Shown here in pieces: positions 62,201 through 64,000 of a DNA stretch of 64,000 nt. Under the pieces are notes generated by a model. The model ran no database searches. It was given only the letters and a program-made list of their open reading frames with translations, and was not told the DNA's origin. This DNA is from Dendrobates tinctorius (Eukaryota). Position 1 is the stretch's first letter. Each line of letters opens with the position of its first letter. The translations under genes and the position numbers were made by a program. The stretch lies in the NCBI RefSeq assembly GCF_039654945.1, contig NW_027361784.1, positions 42,470,001 to 42,534,000 on the forward strand, given 5' to 3'.

Positions 62201-62630
62201 ACAAAGAGGGAGCAGAGGCAGCGCCGCAGCACAAGGCAAGACCACTATGGCCCAAATGTGGCAAAGTTTTGTGTGTCCACCACAATTGTCTACACCATCA
62301 GCGACGCCTCGAGTCAGCAGGAGGCAACGCTTCCGTCAGATGGTGTCAGACTACATGTCTTGCCCTGTCGCTGTACTCCCAGATGGCTCTTCCCCCTTCA
62401 AGTTTTGGGTCTCTAAGCTGGATACATGGCCAGAGCTTAGCCAGTATGCATTGGAGGTGCTGGCTTGCCCTGCTGCCAGTGTATTATCGGAACGTGTCTT
62501 TAGTGCCGCAGGTGGTGTACTAACAGACCGTCGCACGCGACTATCTTCCGATAATGTTGACCAGCTGACTTTTCTGAAAATGAACAAGGCCTGGATCTCC
62601 AAAGACTTTGCCATTCCTCTTACAGACTAA
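59295..62630 (+). pseudogene. hAT transposase, ~1,111 aa, one premature stop (GAG>TAG at 61686-61688)
   Basis: Same BED, D-D-E, CxxH, RW and hATC motifs as copy 2; ORFs 59259-61688 and 61695-62630 are in frame. Confidence 0.95.
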
Positions 62631-62864
62631 ATTAGTGGTTGGCAACTGTATCCAGGTCTGCTGGTGTGTTCATTTTTCTACCACCTGAACTATAATCCCT
62701 TTGCTTCAACACAGCCAGTTGTCGCTCAGATGTGTCGTCTGCACAGAGAAACACACTAGCTCCTGTGTTATTGGGGTTCAGTAATGCCAGCTGATCCCCT
62801 GCTGTGTGGATGGCAAAGTCACCAGCTCCATCAACATTCAAACCACTACTGATTTTTAACCGTG

Positions 62865-63241
62865 CCCAACTTAGGTCTCTGGCTCCACTGTCTCTACTAT
62901 TTCCCCTGACCTCCAACCCCGCCATCTACATCTCTGAAGTGGCGTCAGCACAATCTACACTTGTTCCTGTGTTCCTGTGGCTCAGTCCCATCAGTTTATC
63001 CCCTGATGTGTGTCCGGCAAGGTCTCCTGCTCTGTCCACATTCCCATAACCAGTAGTGGGAATGAGGACAGAGCTGGCGAACTTGCCGGACAAACATCAG
63101 GGGATCAACTGACGGGACTGAGCACCAGTAACACAGGAACAAGTGTAGATTGTGCTGACGCCACTTCAGAGATGTAGCTGGCGGGGTTGGAGGCCAAGGT
63201 AAATAGTAGAGACAGTGGAGCCAGAGGCCTAAGTGGAGCAT
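62865..63241. repeat. Imperfect inverted-repeat module downstream of the transposase (copy 3)
   Basis: Counterpart of 29636-30012; centre CCCA-taaccagtag-TGGG at ~63052. Confidence 0.88.
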
Positions 63242-63310
63242 GGTTAGAATCAGTAGTAGTCCACAACCTCCATAAAAACCGCTGCCCATTGGCCTCTGCA
63301 TGCGGCATGC

Positions 63311-64000
63311 GTAATCCTGGGCTCCAACAGCGTCAGTTGGTGTTCAGAAGTGTCGTCTCCACAGAGCCAAACACATTCGTTAGAGTGTTAGTGGTTTTCA
63401 GCACTGCCAGCTGTTCCCCTGCTGTGGAGATGGCAAGTCTCCTGCTGCCTTCACCTGCCAAAATCCAGTAGGCCCAAGCCTGCTCCTCGCCTAATCCTGG
63501 GCTCCAACAGCGTCAGTTGGTGTTCAGAATCGTCGTCTCCACAGAGCCAAACACATTCGTTAGAGTGTTAGTGGGTTTCAGCACTGCCAGCTGTTCCCCT
63601 GCTGTGGAGATGGCAAGTCTCCTGCTGCCTTCACCTGCCAAAATCCAGTAGGCCCCAGCCTGCTCCTCGCCTAATCCTGGGCTCCAACAGCGTCAGTTGG
63701 TGTTCAGAAGTGTCGTCTCCACAGAGCCAAACACATTCGTTAGAGTGTTAGTGGGGTTCAGCACTGCCAGCTGTTCCCCTGCTGTGGAGATGGCAAGTCT
63801 CCTGCTGCCTTCACCTGCCAAAATCTAGTAGGCCCCAGCCTGCTCCTCGCCTAATCCTGGGCTCCAACAGCGTCAGTTGGTGTTCAGGAGTGTCGTCTCC
63901 ACAGAGCCAAACACATTCGTTAGAGTGTTAGTGGGGTTCAGCACTGCCAGCTGTTCCCCTGCTGTGGAGATGGCAAGTCTCCTGCTGCCTTCACCTGCCA
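63311..64000 (+). repeat. 180-bp satellite array B (copy 3), ~3.8 units visible
   Basis: TAATCCTGGGCTCCAACAGCGTCAG at 63312, 63492, 63672 and 63852. Confidence 0.95.

Larger units (their letters stand above)
57753..64000 (+). mobile_element. 5' part of the large hAT transposon (copy 3), truncated by the window end
   Basis: Starts TAGTGTTGAGCATTCCGATACC after GTCGTGAC; near-identical to the reverse complement of 35130-28880. Confidence 0.95.

Noticed and set aside
59259-62630. Domesticated host ZBED gene
   Set aside because: It lies within TIR-bounded multi-copy elements (TSD seen for copy 2) and carries nonsense mutations, so no gene symbol was assigned.

Overview
This is eukaryotic, repeat-dense DNA with no recognisable host protein-coding gene. 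The transposon complement suggests an anuran amphibian (inference). Three copies of one large hAT DNA-transposon family dominate the window. Copy 1 is a 3' end (1-6140, +). Copy 2 is complete at 13,055 bp (22076-35130, -, 8-bp TSD GTCATGTT). Copy 3 is a 5' part (57753->64000, +). Copies 2 and 3 each carry an intronless ~1,110-aa BED-finger/DDE transposase broken by one different nonsense codon. Downstream of the transposase lie ~8 kb of internal 180-bp and 66-bp tandem arrays, long palindromes and a conserved intron-like island. The rest is nested TE debris: CR1, L2, Penelope-like (RT+GIY-YIG), a nearly intact Tc1 (DD34E), several MITEs, probable solo LTRs and a 32-bp minisatellite. Notably, a 2.8-mer of a 401-bp unit (47907-49026, 12-bp TSD) combines a type I hammerhead ribozyme with octamer/Staf-like snRNA-promoter motifs, i.e. 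a retrozyme or satellite-2-like element. Further hammerhead motifs occur in short Penelope-type insertions at ~50.15, 52.1 and 53.27 kb.
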